DNA of 64,000 nt from Sphaerodactylus townsendi (lineage: Eukaryota). Positions 23,966 to 37,700 of the stretch are shown here, one piece after another. The position numbers and the translations under genes are program-made. Under the pieces are notes generated by a model, which worked only from the letters and a program-made list of their open reading frames with translations, ran no database searches and was not told the DNA's origin. Each line of letters begins with the position of its first letter. Position 1 is the stretch's first letter. The stretch is taken from NCBI RefSeq assembly GCF_021028975.2, contig NC_059437.1, positions 33,852,001-33,916,000 of the forward strand. The letters are read 5' to 3'.

Positions 23966-26387
23966 ATTCATTTCAGTTCATGAAGGTAGCTTCCTATTAC
24001 AGCTCCGATGTGCCTATAGACACAGCACTTAACAGAAGAACCCACTCATTTACCAAGATAGTTGTATTCCTGCAATGACAGAAAGGTCCTCAAAGGCCCC
24101 GGGAAGTTGTTGAACCTAAAATACTTTTCACACTCTGAACAAGCACCAACTGGAACACCAGGGAGGATAATATAATCCCATTTCCCAACATGGGTCAATC
24201 CACTATAGCTGCTTCCAGTTATTCTCTGTGTTTGTGAAATATCTAGGTAGGTAGAGATGCCTGAATGACTAACAGAACAAGAGTGTTTGGAACACCCTAG
24301 AGTCTGGATTCTTTTTTAAAAAGTATATTCCTTAATGTGCATTTGCTGAAACCTTCCATCTTTTCATGGAGGACTTTCTAGCTGCTCTACTCAGCCTCCC
24401 ACCTCTTTGCCAATTGCCCTCTTCTGCCCTCAACTCAGTCTCTGACACAGAGGTTTAGATATTTGAAAAACTGAACCACTTTAAGCAAATAAAGGACCTC
24501 TATACAAACGCCATTTATTTGCCCAACTTAAATTTACAGTTGTGGAGCCCTCATGGCAATATCTGCTGCCATGCATGAGGTACAAACAACCCATTTTCCT
24601 GATCTGGGGTCACTCTTTAGCTGTAAAATAAGCAAAGTACTTGGCAGATTTCCTTGTGGTTTTATTGGGCTTGGCTGGGTTTGCATATGTAGTGGGTGGG
24701 ACCTTGGGACGCTCAGTTCCTCCTAATATAGTGAAAGAATAAAAACAGTTTGGATCAGGATATTTGGATATTTAGTTGGCATCAACATTAGAGAAGAAGG
24801 AAGAGAACATCTCCAGATACTCAAGCTTTCAGTGAGGTTATAGGTTTGGTTACATGTTATGTTTTTAAATGTTTTTAACACGCACAGAAATGTGTTTTGA
24901 AAGATGTGTGCATGGATGTAAATGTCATGGGCCCATGCCGAGGACATCATAATTGGCCAGGTTTCCATGCTGAATGCATGTGTCTAGAAACTGGAAGAAC
25001 AAATGTGTGGAATGACTAGTTGGTTTAGCCTCTCTCTGTCCTTGTATTTCTCTTTTAGCTGGGCCAAGCAGAGGATCTCTTTGTCTGTGACTTTGGCTGA
25101 AGCCCAGCTAAAAAAAATGTTCAAAAAAAGTACATACTTATTTTTCAGAACAAATAGCCCTGCAGCACTCTTTGCAGCTCATGTCTCAGAGCAAGGCCAC
25201 ATCTGTAGTAAGCGCCAAGAGTGAAAACTTTTGTTGTTGCCAGTGAGTTTAATACATCCCAGCAGTTAAAGGGAGCCAGCCACAAGGGGGGGCTGTGTAC
25301 CATGGAACCCTTTGAAGGTTGGTCTGGCACAAATTTCCTGAATAAGATAAACAAAAGAGTGAGAAACCATCAAACTGAGGTTAAGCACAAATGGGATACA
25401 ACTGGCATTTGGAGCGGGAACTTTCTCATCTCCTGATGCCCCACACACCTTTGGAGAATCCAGCTCCCTGAGGTTAGAAGTTTTGGGACCTTTCCTGATT
25501 CACATAGTCTGGATTTTCTCAACCATTTCCGATGTCCCCTGCAGCTGACACTTCTGCATTTCTCAGAACAGTGGCCGTGCAGCAATTCTGACAAATGCAT
25601 ACTGAGCTGCACCCCAGACATGCATTTGAATGTTCCCACTGTGCTTACTCGTCAGTAAACCTACCTCTGCTTTGATTGCTATCAGAATGATTGCACCATG
25701 GATTTGTTATAAGATAGTTATAGATAAGAAAAGAAGGGGACCTGCAAGGACTCATGACAAAGACTGCATTTATTCCCTGATGTCATGGACTTCCTCCCTT
25801 GGAAGTCCAGTTTCCTCCCCTCTTTCCTACTGGTTCCAACCTCCCTCCTGCTCACCTTTTCTTCCTCCTCCTTCTGGGGATGGCAGCAGCCACTTGCAAC
25901 AGTATTGGGTTGCTACCCAAAATGCTGCCTGAACCCTCTTTTTAGGGCAGGGATGGTGTCTGTGAATGTACAGAGATCCTTTTTAATGTTTTGGGAAGGG
26001 ATTAACCCCCAATTCTCTACATATCAGTTGGGATTTTTTTGTTGGCAAACTTGGGCCTTCCCTTGGAGCTGTAAAACGAGTTACAGCAATGTGCAGATTT
26101 TAAAGCTCTTAATTCTTAGATTTAAGGATGAGTGGAATTCCTTCTTCATAATTTCATACCTTATATTGCTTGTGAGACAAGAGCTGTAGAATGGCATATT
26201 GCTTTATCCACAGGGGTTCCATTGGAATGTCCGATGTGAGCGGCTGTATGTCCATCTCATCCCCTCCTCCCCACGAGCCAAATTTACCAGGCTTAATTTC
26301 CAACTCTTCACCAATGGCCCATGAAGAAAATATCATATTGAAACTATCCCTTGAGATCTGCAAGAGTTCTCTCATGGAGGAATTCAT

Positions 26388-26617
26388 GAGAGGCAGCAGG
26401 GTCTAGTGGTTAAGAGTGGTGGACACTGATCTGGAGAACTGGACTCAATTCCCCAGCCTTTCACATGAAGCCTGCTGGTGTGTAGATGACCAGTCACCGC
26501 GTCCTCTCAGAGGCAGAGGACGAGGCAGTGGCGAAACCACCTCTGAATGTCTCTTGCCCTGAAAAGCCTACAGGGTCACCCTAAGTCAGCTGTGACTTGA
26601 GGGCACTTCACACACAC
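26388..26617 (+). mobile_element. Sauria SINE (Squam1-like)
   Basis: tRNA-like head GGTCTAGTGGTTAAGAG, body GGCGAAACCACCTCTGAATGTCTCTTGCCCTGAAAA, BovB/RTE-type tail GACTTGAGGGCACTTCACACACAC. Confidence 0.75.
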
Positions 26618-28685
26618 CCAATAAATAAAGCTGTGGGGTCATTGCAGAGAGGGAAGCCTCTCACAGGCCAATGGCACTTCAGACACTGTGAAAAAGGCAG
26701 AGGAGATTGCAGGCTTCTGATTGGAATGAGGGCCACAAAGAGCCCAGGAGACGTGGCAACCTTGCCTGTGGCAACTACTTTGTTATTGCTGCTGCTCTTG
26801 TGGCTGCTCACTGCTTGCAGCAAACATGGCATCCACCTCATTTTCTGCAAGATGAAACGAGAACTGTGCTTTTTGCTGATAAAGACATAATGGGAGGTTT
26901 TGTGGTGAAATACAGGATTTCAGGTTCTGTTCATGGTGAACAGTCTGGCGACCCATTTGCACAGAGGGCTGGTTTTGGGGGGGGGGGAGGAGCCAGAATG
27001 CAGCTCTTTCAGCACTCTGGATAGCGGCTGGAAGAAGCAGCTGGGGAGATCTGCCGTTCCAGGAAAATGTGCCCTGAAGCGCAGACACGGGGCTGCAACA
27101 GTGGAGCAGCGTCTCGTAGTTGAATGTTTTCTGCCTTCTGAAAAATCTGCCACAGCCCAACCCATTAACCTACTTGGGAACATTTTCAACCATTAGACCC
27201 GTTACCCTAGAGGAAGATTTACCAAGAATTCTGAGCCGATTCTGCCCAAATGTCTTATGGTGCCAGGGTTTCAGACTCCCACAACTCTTAAAGAAATTAA
27301 CAGCCTTTGGCATTTTGCTTGCTAAAATCAAAAAAGGTGATTGCTTTGGAGTAAAAGGATTTCCACAGATCCAATATGGAGCTGGACTGAGTCGGATTTG
27401 TGCTAATGCAGGACATGGAGGAACAGGTATTGTGCTCCAGAGGGGACTTTGCTGCCCGTTGGAGAAAGATTTCCTTTCAGTACTTGAAAAGGGAAACGAG
27501 ATGAGACTCTCTTGGGGTGATGATGATGCTTAAGTCTGAGAAGTCTGTGAATTAGAGTGATCCCCAACAAGGTGCCTACAGGTGCCCAGTCCTTGCCGAT
27601 GTTTATCCTGGCGCCCACTTCCTCCTCCCCCCCCCCCCCATGAAGCATCTTTTACCCAATGCAAAGACCCTGAGTCTTAGAGCTTTCCCTCCCACCTGTC
27701 AGCTGGAACAAGAAGGGGCCTTCAGAAGAGCACCATCTTTTTGTTTGCAAAAAGCTTCTCTTTGGAGACAACTGGCTCCATCATTGGAGGATGCCTGGCC
27801 TGGAACTTTCCAATATTTTTTGTGACCCACTTGGAAACCCTGTTGTGCAGTTGGTCCTGTCTTTCCATGGCAGCCAACTTTTACATGGGCCACACTCACT
27901 GCTTTTTCTCAAAATGTTTGAAGTGTCACAGGCTTGACAAGGTTGGAAATCCTGGGTTTAGACCAATGTCAAATCCAGGAATAAACTCATAGAGCTTAAT
28001 GGCTATGTTCTTTAGCACAAGGATTATGACCTGAAGCAGTATAATGAATACCCAAATGTGTCTGATGTATATTTGCTAACCTCATCAATGTATATTGCTA
28101 ACCTCATCAATAAGTCCACTGTAGTAATGAGAAAGTGGAGGGTATGAGATGAAACTCAGCTACCAGGAAATATACATACTCAAATGTCTTGCATGGGGGA
28201 AAAAAATCCTCAGGAAGCTGGATGCATTTTCATGTATTCTCCTTCGTGGCTGGAAACACAAACCACAGGCCCAATTTCCCCTCCCACGCCACCTGCTCCC
28301 AAACAATGTCATTGCAGCATCCTCGCTGGGCCCTCTATTCCCTGCCATCGCTTCAGAGACCAGGAGGGGGGAAATGAAAGGGTATCCTCAGCATCATGTC
28401 AATGATCCAATGAAAAACCAGGTGAATCCTAGACAGTCACAACAGCACAATGACGACACCGCCAGTTTTTCACCAGAAGTGATGTTGCACGATGGTCTGA
28501 CATCAAGAAGACTGTCCCCACCCCCAAACTCACCTGGCAGGCTGCCAGCATTGGGCAGCAACCCTACCACCAAAGCCAAGAGAAATTGATAGGAAGGTTG
28601 CATATTCAATGTAACACACCAGTCTCCTTATTGCTTTTTTCTTCTTTTTGCTTCTTCTAAACTCTAAAACTGCTGTTTTGGGATC

Positions 28686-29112
28686 TAGCTAAGGCCATCA
28701 ACATTTTGGTTAGGTTTCTTATCATTAATCTATATTTCCAGGGACTGAAATGACTGAGCCAGGACACTTTGTATAGAGGAAAGGCAAGAAAAACCTGGCA
28801 CAGTTGTCTCGGGGGAGTCTATCCTGATTCATCTGTGGCAGCCCAGCTAGAGGAACAGCAACACCCATGTTTGATTTTTCCAAAAGAAAATGTATATAGC
28901 TAAGGCCATCAACATTTTGGTTAGGTTTCTTATCATTAATCTATATTTCCAGGGACTGAAATGACTGAGCCAGGACACTTTGTATAGAGGAAAGGCAAGA
29001 AAAACTTGGCACAGTTGTCTCGGGGGAGTCTTTCCTGATTCATCTGTGGCAGCCCAGCTAGAGGAACAGCAACACCCATGTTTGATTTTTCCAAAAGAAA
29101 ATGTATATAGCT
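28686..29112. repeat. 211-bp tandem duplication (2 copies, 2 mismatches)
   Basis: 28686-28896 and 28897-29107; TAGCT microhomology at all three junctions. Confidence 0.95.
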
Positions 29113-29197
29113 CACCCAAGCTTCCATCCCTTTCTGTGGGTCTCGGGCTGGAAACAGCCATCCGAAGACATAGGATACAGTTTTACCCAGGAACAAA

Positions 29198-29401
29198 GGA
29201 GAGATGTGCAGTGGTACAGCATAGCCCAGTCTCATCAGATCTTGGAAGCTAAGCTGGGTCACTACTTGGGAGGGAGACCTCCCAGGAGGACTCTGCAGAG
29301 GAGGGTAAGGGCAAACCACCTCTGCTTAATCCCTTGCCTTGAAAATCCTGACCAGGGGTCTCTGTAACTCAACTGCAACTTGGTGGCACTTTACACACAC
29401 A
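29198..29401 (+). mobile_element. 5S rRNA-headed Sauria-type SINE
   Basis: Head CCCAGTCTCATCAGATCTTGGAAGCTAAGCTGGGTC..TACTTGGGAGGGAGACC resembles the 5S rRNA internal promoter region; the tail is shared with the Sauria SINE at 26.4 kb. Confidence 0.75.
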
Positions 29402-29891
29402 GGGACGAAGAAGTTGAAAATGCATCCATACAGCTGTACAATTTACTTTTTACAGCCACTTGTCTCACTGCTTATGGTATTTTTCTTAATTCACCATATT
29501 GAAGGAGGCTCTGGCCTGCAATAGTTTCTTCCTCAATAAAAATGCCGAGCCTCAAAGAACCGCAGGACTTCATTTTATTTTTAACACTGATGTGGCTTAT
29601 CCAGTTCAGGGTGATAACTTCAATCATTTCAGTTAACTTAAAAGGTTTATCACAGCTATCTTTTTCAACATTATTGTTTTGATCTCTGACTTTCTCTCTT
29701 CGTTAGAAGGAATACTTTTTGCAAGTGCATAATCTGTAAGCATGGTGTTTTAGCACTGAAATTTCAGAGCATGGGGAACAATTAGAGTTACCAGGTTCAG
29801 GTTTGGGAATTCCTGGTGATTTGAGGGGGCCGGCATGGGAGGGTGGGTTTTGTGGAGCAGATGGATCTCAGAGGGATGGACTTCTATAAGA

Positions 29892-30074
29892 CAGGGGTGG
29901 CCAACCTATGGCACTCCAGATGTTAATGGACTACAATTCCCATCAACCCCTGGCAGCAGCCCCTGCCAATTGGCCATGCCCTCCCATCAGCCCTTGCCAA
30001 TTGGCCATGCTGGCAGAGGCTGATGGGAATTACAGTCCATGAACATCTGGAGTGCCATAGGTTGGCCACCCCTG
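29892..30074. mobile_element. Palindromic hAT MITE nested in an older MITE (~29782-30160)
   Basis: Perfect 33-bp TIR CAGGGGTGGCCAACCTATGGCACTCCAGATGTT; TSD CTATAAGA/CTATAAGG. Confidence 0.88.
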
Positions 30075-30827
30075 CTATAAGGTATAATATCTCCAAAGGA
30101 GCCAATTTTTTTCCAGGGCAAATGATCTCTGCTGTCTGGAGATCAGCTGCAATTCTAGGAGTTTGTATCCTTCTCAAGAAGGTTAATGAGAAACTCCCTT
30201 GTCTTCACTTGTGTTTGTTTTTTTTGGCAGGAACCCATCGTACCCAGTTGCAGGAAACAGAAACTTCACTTGCCTATCCATTGTATAGGAGGTACTATAA
30301 ACACTTACCGTATGTGGCCTTTAAAATGGCCCATAGTCTAAAGGTACTTAGCAAGGCACAACAAGAAAACCATGCCCTTTTCATCTATTATCTGAGGGTA
30401 ATGAGAATAATCAGGTTTGGAAGACCTGAGTGTATTTATAGCCTGCCTTTTTCACTGAAACTGAAGGCAGATTGCGTGGTGTAAAACAATGTAATGAAAT
30501 ACCATGAGAGTACTAATAAGCAAAAGAGTCAAACCAGGGCTGGCCTAAGGATTTGGGGCACCTTAGAGTAGGGAAGCTGATCCCGCAGTGCTGTGGGGAG
30601 ACTCCTACTCTCATCATCGCATCTTTGGCACTGCAGGGTGAATGCCACACACCTTCTTTTCCCAGCAATCGGCCAGTGGGATAGGTGTAAAAGGGTTATT
30701 GGAGGCAGGGAGAGAAGGCTCCCCTGGGGCTGGGACACTTGCAATGGCAGTCCTCAATGCCACAGGTAAGTGGGCTGGCTGACAGCCCGCTAACTCTAGT
30801 GCCCTAGACAATTGCCTAGATTTAGAT

Positions 30828-31010
30828 CAGTGGTTCTCAACCTGTGGGTTGCGACCCTTTTGGGGGTCGAATGACCCTTTCACAGGGGTCGCCTAAGACT
30901 CTCTGCATCAGTGTTCTCCATCTGTAAAATAGATAAATGTTAGGGTTGGGGGTCACAACATGAGGAATTGTATTAAAGGATCGTGGCATTAGGAAGGTTG
31001 AGAACCACTG
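30828..31010. mobile_element. SPIN-like (URR1-like) non-autonomous hAT MITE
   Basis: TIR CAGTGGTTCTCAACCT / AGGTTGAGAACCACTG (16/16); internal GACCCTTTCACAGGGGTCGCCTAAGAC and CAACATGAGGAATTGTATTAAAGG as recalled for SPIN MITEs; TSD GCCTAGAT (left copy offset by 6 bp). Confidence 0.8.
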
Positions 31011-32244
31011 GCCTAGATCCACATAGTGGACAGGCTGGTCTTGGGTCAAATCAAATCACATCGACTTTCTAGACTCTAGAGGTAACCATTCCCCCTGATT
31101 GAAATGTTCTTTGGAGCCATGCAGTTCCAGCACTTGGATCCAGAGGCAGACAGAAAGCACGTCCTGCATTTTTAAAAATAGCAATTACTATGCATAGACA
31201 CTCATGGCATCTCCTTCCTCTGGCCTCGCAATACAACCCTCCAGTCACAGTGTGTGAGTTTAATGGTTTATCACCAACGAGACAGGGAGGTGGTGTACAA
31301 AACTCTCAGAACAGCATGTGATAAAGCCAACAGAATATTCCTAGTAAAAAAAATCAATATAGATGTAGAAAGAGACCTCAAATCCAGCCAGTATGTTTCC
31401 TAAGCCCCCTCCCACAATTGTTCATAGCCTTTTTATGTGTCAGTAAATTGACAGAGGTGTCTAAACTGCCAAGTCAAGTGTTTGCAACAGCATGTAATAG
31501 TTGACTAAATAGATACATTCCTGCCCATGAAGTTTAAATAATCCTGCTGCAGGACTTTTCCTGGGTCAGCACAGATCTAAAGCAGGATGAACAAACTACA
31601 ACGGGTGGTACGTTTTACACATTTGCTTTCATGAATTTACTTTCAAGCAATTCCTTCTGGAATCAGTGACTTGGGGAGGAATGGAGTAGTGTGGGAAGCA
31701 GAGGGACTTTGCAATTTGGGTCGCCTTCTTTAATCCGATGGGAATCAAATTAGAAAAGCCAAACAGCTTTAATGTGTATCCAGAAGATTTTTTAAATTCT
31801 GTCTTAATCCTGACTCTTGTCAGAGTTCCAAGTATACAGAGCACAAATTCAGTAGAGCCATTATGGGCCGCCATGTACAAAGGAAGCGGGTAGCTTAATT
31901 TCTGGTTTTCTCACCAGGAGTAATGAGGCATTTAATACATGGAAGTTAAGAAGGATCAGATGTTTGCAATTATGTATGTAGACAAACTGGCATGATGAGA
32001 TCAAAAGTTGTGACATAATCAGGGTGGGGTGGGGAATCACTTTCAGCCTTTTCTGCCTTGCCCCTCTTTTTTCATCTCAAACTTGAAACAAGGGGGTCCC
32101 CTTTTAATTTTTATCATATGCTTCTCCTTTTTTCCTCTCTCCTTTGCTTGAAATCTTACAATACCAACTGGCATGACCAACTTGAAAGCGGGTGTGATCC
32201 TTCTGTGGATCGCAGCACCCCAAAGGAAGACTGAGGGGGATGAC

Positions 32245-32537
32245 AGAAGAGTAGAAGAAGAGTTTGTATTCATATCCCCCCTTTCTCTCCTGCAGGAGAC
32301 TCAAAGGGGCTGACAATCTCCTTGCCCTTCCCCCTCACAACAAACACCCTATGAGGTGGGTGGGGCTGAGAGAGCTCCGAGAAGCTGTGACTAGCCCAAG
32401 GTCACCCAGCTGGCATGTGTGGGAGTGTAGAGGCTAATCTGAATTCCCCAGATAAGCCTCCACAGCTCAGGCGGCAGAGCGGAGAATCAAACCCAGTTCC
32501 TCCAGATTAGATACACGAGCTCCTAACCTCCTACGCC
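32245..32537 (-). mobile_element. Squam3-like SINE
   Basis: Near-identical to the 15.3-kb copy in reverse complement; (AAG)n tail on plus. Confidence 0.85.
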
Positions 32538-33649
32538 CATTTCCCATCATTATCCTTTATTGCTAACGCTTCCCTTCTGTATGCCGCCAGTCTTCTTTTC
32601 TCAAAAGGGAGTTACCAAATTTCCAGGTGGGATTAGGAAGTTATCGGAAACCCAGTGAAACTTCTGAGGAACTTAGGTTGATAAATATAGCACCTTAAAC
32701 TGCGTGCATCAAATAGAAATATGTCTTTTTAAGTTCAGGAACTTTTAGCTACTCATAATTAACACAGTTCTCAAACAAGCACTTAAAAATAGACTTAGAG
32801 AAGTATGAAAAAGTCAATTGTAGCCAAATATTAATTGCAAAGACCTTGACTTAAACATTCAGTATATTTTTTGTTTTAAAAAATCAAGATGATCACATGT
32901 ATTACATAAGGAATACCAAAAAATTTTGTTTCTGGGATTTTTTAAAAATGCTGCAGCCAATTTTCTCTAAAATTCCATTTTATATTTCATCTTAACCAAG
33001 AAACACTCAGGTTACAGTACAGAATGCAGCACTTTTAAACATCATTGATTTCATTTTTGAATTGATATGGAAAATTTACGTAAGTTTCTTTTAATACTAG
33101 AAAGATTTTTCTGACTGGCAACCTGTTAAAAGCTTATAGTGGCCCACAAGCCAAGACAATAGGGCAAGTAGTGGATAAGCCAGAGAGTGCTGTGCCTGAG
33201 CCGGGCCCTGTCTCTAAGACTATTTCTGTTCTTGGGAACACTTCCCTCCCTCTTCTGAATTAGGAGAGTGAAAGAAGGCAACACTTTCCCAGCTCTAGAA
33301 AGCCAGGAGAGGCGGGGAGGCTGCTGGGGCATTTGTTTACTACAACCTCAGTTCAAATCATTCCCAGGGACATTTTTAACCATTATGGTCCCCGGCTGAT
33401 ACTTTTGAGTCAATTAAACTGCAGAATTGCACCCATTGTTCATTTGGGAGGGAGGACTTTCCCCCTTTCGAGACTACTGCCATGCTCACAATCACAAGTA
33501 GACCAAAGGCAATTCTAATCAAGATCTCCTGAGCCTCCCAGAAGCCAGAGAACCACCAGGAAGCTCAGCAGGGTGGCTATTGGAACACTAAAGGATTTTG
33601 GTGGGCATAAGTCATTTTCTCCTTCTGGAGCCAAGTTCTCACTCATGCA

Positions 33650-33810
33650 TAGGGTTGTCAATTCTGAGATGGGGAATTCCTGGAGATTTGGGGAGAATGG
33701 GACCTCACTGGGGTAACGGCCATTTTTTCGCAAAGGAACTGATCTCTGTAGTGTAGATGTGACTTAATTCCAAGAGACCTTCAGGCTCTACCTGGAGGTT
33801 GGCAACCCCA
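33650..33810. mobile_element. TAGGGTTGCCA-type MITE remnant
   Basis: Ends TAGGGTTGTCA ... TGGCAACCCCA; internal CCATTTT..GGAACTGATCTCTGT shared with the 13310-13390, 30095-30160 and 56790-56980 copies. Confidence 0.6.
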
Positions 33811-33819
33811 TGAGTCATT

Positions 33820-34720
33820 TGATAGAAGATCGGCGGGGAATCAAAGAACAGTGCGATTCCTGTAAAACGGGCCAGCAGAGGTCTGCAGGGAGACGGATTT
33901 TTCCAACAAACTTTCCTCCACGTGCGCTGACTTCTGCCTTGGTTTTCATGATCCCGCCCTTTGCCAAGTTGGCTGTATGCTGCTTCTCGACTGCATTTTA
34001 TCCTCACGCCAACACCGCGAGGTGGGTTAGGCCGGAGCGTGACCGCTGACCGGCAAGCAGAATGGGACAGGGGCATTTCTAACCAGCAATCTCCCATCCT
34101 AGCTTAATAGAAGCGGATAGGGAATTTCCGGCGGTGCCAATGACAACAGGGCAGTCTCGCCTGATCCCTGTAAGAGATCTCGGCTCGAGTTGGCCGCTCA
34201 GGCTTTGCAGCGGTGGAGGACGCCTTCTAAAGAGGTCACGGGCGCTTCCGGCATTCTGCACGTGCTCTAAGACACTGGTTGCGGAAGAAGACCGGCCCGG
34301 GTCCCACCTTCCTCCTTGATTGGTTCAACCTCGCTGGAGGTGGGGCTGAAGGCGTTGGCTGTCCTACCGGCACTTGTCTCAGCCGCAGTCACCGGCCGAG
34401 AGCAGCCCTGGCCGGCCGATGGCTGATGAGGCGCAGCCCGATGGCCGCCCCCGTCAGGTGAGTCTCTCCCGCGCACCTGCCGTCGCCCCCTGTCACCTGC
34501 TTCCTCATTGGGCAGGACTGAGTCAATGGCATTATGGTCCCCGGGTTACTTAACTGAGGTGCGTTGCCCAAGGATGCCGTGCGGGGCGCCTGGACAGTCG
34601 CCCGCCCCAAATCTGATGGATCAGTCAACACGTGACTGGATCTTTAATGCTAAAGAAACAAGTGGAGCTCTGCGGCCCGAAGCTGGGTTTCCCGTGGACG
34701 GTCTCCTGCCCTGGTAAAGA
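33820..34720 (+). promoter_or_regulatory. CpG-island promoter / first exon region of SLC2A11
   Basis: CpG-rich segment with inverted CCAAT boxes (ATTGG ~34319, ~34507) and CACGTG E-boxes. Contains ATG 34419 and a strong donor CAG|GTGAGT at 34457/8. Confidence 0.7.
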
Positions 34721-37700
34721 AAAAAGGTACTATCCAATAGATTTTCCCCATAGAAGCTCTTCCTTGAAATAAGAATTTAAAATTCATTGTTCATGGTAAA
34801 TATTCATTCAGAAGGTGTACATTTTTAGCATAAACCGTTAAAACATTATGGTGTTCTTCTGCAGCCTAACTCCAGCCTTTCTGAAACATCTCCCTTTGGT
34901 TGTGAACTCTAGTGGGCTGTGGCCATGCACACTCTCCAAAGCCAGAGGTGCTGCAGCTCAGAGCATTTCTTTACTATCCTTGGGTGTGTTTGGCTGCCAG
35001 TAAAGGGATGACCCCCCCAGTGTGCTCAGTTTCATCCTGTTCTTCACATTGAAAATAGATGCTGGGACAAAGCCTGATGAATCCTGGCTCAAACAAAATT
35101 TTGGAGGGCCAAACATCAATCTCAGCAAGAAATGCTGTAATCAGAGCCAGGATCTGGCTGTTCTGTATATTGTAGGTTGATGGACTTTGTAAACAAGGAG
35201 GGCCCTATGGAAGTCAGTTACCAGCCAGGCCGGCTGTCTTAGCTTCTGCTCCGGACTGCTGCAGTTATTACATCAAGCTGCTTCTGCTGCTTTCCTTTTC
35301 GGATCTGAGAGCAGAATCCTGGGGTGTTGGTTTTGTGCTGGAACCGCAGTGTCTGCACTGGCCATTTGCAGGCAAGCCAAGAAGAGCCAGACCCCAGGGT
35401 GGCGGTATGAGGCTTTGCAAGGGAAAAGGAGGACAGACTGGCAGCAGAAAGGGTGGGTCATGTGCCAAGCTGGGACATTTGACACGGGTTGTGTAAGTCT
35501 TCGGTAGCATTGATGCTGATGGACATGAGCAAATGGTGCTGCTGTCACCATGATTTGCTGCCCTCTTGGATCAAAGCACTGGGTATGTCTGAAGCAGTGA
35601 GTGGAGTTCTGTGGCTTCACACTATTTCTTAGATTGCCGCAGCCAGGCTGCCTTTTTATTTCATTTACATCCACTTTCTTTGCATTCTCCTGTGCTTCTA
35701 AACTTGTATTTGTGATTGTTCCTCAGCTTCAGGGCAAAGTCCTGGTTCTGACTGTGTGTGCTGCAGGCATTGGAGGTACTTTCCAGTATGGCTACAACCT
35801 CACCATCATCAACGCCCCAACGTTAGTAAGTAGGCTTGAGTTAGTTCCACAGAATTAGGGGCAAGTCAGCAGCACCTGAAGAAAGTTCCTTACTCTTATC
35901 AAAATGCCTTGTCTTGTCACAATGCAGTTTATCCAGACATTTATCAATGAAACATGGCTGGAACGCACCGGGCTGCCCTTGGAAGGAAGCAGGATAACGC
36001 TCATGTGGTCCTTTGTCGTCTCGATATTTCCTCTGGGGGGACTTGCTGGAGCCCTCCTTGCAGGTCCCATGGCCATTAAACTGGGAAGGTGAGCTGTGTT
36101 TAGATCTCTGCTTCACACTGTAGTTGCAAGTTGTCGGAAGGTCCACTGTTATGTTGGGCAATATGCCAGGAGCTGAGAAAACACAAGTGGGATGAGGGAG
36201 GGAATACGTATGCTCCGGCATTCATCCAAGATGACATCGCATTGCAGCAAAAAATCACAAATGTCTTTTATGATTCCCAATGAAGCTTGTTATTGATTGA
36301 AAGAGACTTCAAGTTCAAGTTTAATTCCAAGTAACCTGCTGCATTTTTGCGTATGAATCTATGAGATTCTTGGCCTCAAGGTTATGATTTTAGGACAGCC
36401 TGTGCACTTTACTGTCTCTGCTTATTTTGGGTATGAGCTGACAAGTTCAACTGACATGCAAAAGGCATTTCTGGGCTTCTCCTCTTCCACTGAAAACACT
36501 TGTTTAGTTTAAATTAATTTGTCTAAGTTGGATCATCTGTAATGTTTCACTTGGGCTGCTGTTCCACTCTCCATGCTGTTCATTTATGTTTTGCAGTCAG
36601 GGGAGAGGTATTGGCTTACATTGCTATGACCCTAGACCTTTTACTTAGATATAAGTTCCAAGGAAATCAACACTGTGGGACTGCTGCAGGCTGGTGCTTG
36701 TGGAATAGTGTTGGACTCCTAAGATAGGTGGATTTAAGAAGAAAAAGAAGAAGAAGGAGGAGTTTGGATTTATATCCCACTTTTCTCTCCTGTAAGGAGA
36801 CTCAAGGTGGCTTACAAGCTCCTTTCCCTTCCTCTCTCCACAACAGACACCTTGTGAGGTGGGTGGGGCTGAGAGAGTTCCGAAGAACTGTGACTAGCCC
36901 TAGATCACCCAGCAGGAATGTAGGAGTGTGGGAACACATCTGGTGAACCAGATAAGCCTCTGCCATTTGGGTGCAGGAGTGAGGAATCAAACCTGGTTCT
37001 CCAGATTGGAATCGACCTGCTCTTAGCCACTGCACCACACTGGCTGTCAGGAAAAACATAAGAGACAGGAGCAGGATGAAAGGAAAGGAAAGACATAAGA
37101 GACAGGAGCAGAATGAAAACCCACCACAGTAACATCAGCAGTCGCTAGACCCCAGGCTGTGCACAAACAGCACCTGCATATTGGCCATGCATCAAAGGCA
37201 CCATCCAGTGCATAGTCTGTGACCATCTCTGAGGAACCGGCCCTATTTAACTTCTCCCCATCTGCTTAACTAGCTCAATAAGGAGTCCAAGTAGCCAGTC
37301 CAAGTGAAACTTTCCGTTATTTATTACAATAGCACAGTTGTAGCTTCAGCTCTTGTGCTTTCACTGGCCCAAATGCCATCCGACTCCCCAGATGAAGCCA
37401 TCTTCCTTCTCTCCTTCCTCTCTCCTTCAGCTGATCATAAGAACAGCCAGCTGGATCAGACTGCTGGTCCAGCTTGTCCAGCATCCTGTCTCAAATAGTG
37501 GCCGGCCTGCTGCCTTGGAGGGTAAACAGGGCACAGATACTGAGGCCTTCCCCTTCTGCTGCCTCCCAGCACTGGTATTCAGAAGTTTTCTGTCACTGGA
37601 TATGGAAGCTTCCTAGTCACTTTGGCTAGTGGCCATTAATGGCTTTCTCCTCCACAAATCTATCTAACTCCCTTTTAAAGCTACGATATCTATAATTATA

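Noticed and set aside
29225-29282. 5S rRNA gene
   Set aside because: Partial, diverged and fused to a SINE tail.
24000-33600. Hidden gene in the CNGA2-SLC2A11 interval (many 60-150 aa ORFs)
   Set aside because: No recognisable protein similarity or consistent exon chain; the region is unique non-coding DNA plus SINEs and MITEs. A lncRNA or conserved enhancer cannot be excluded without data.
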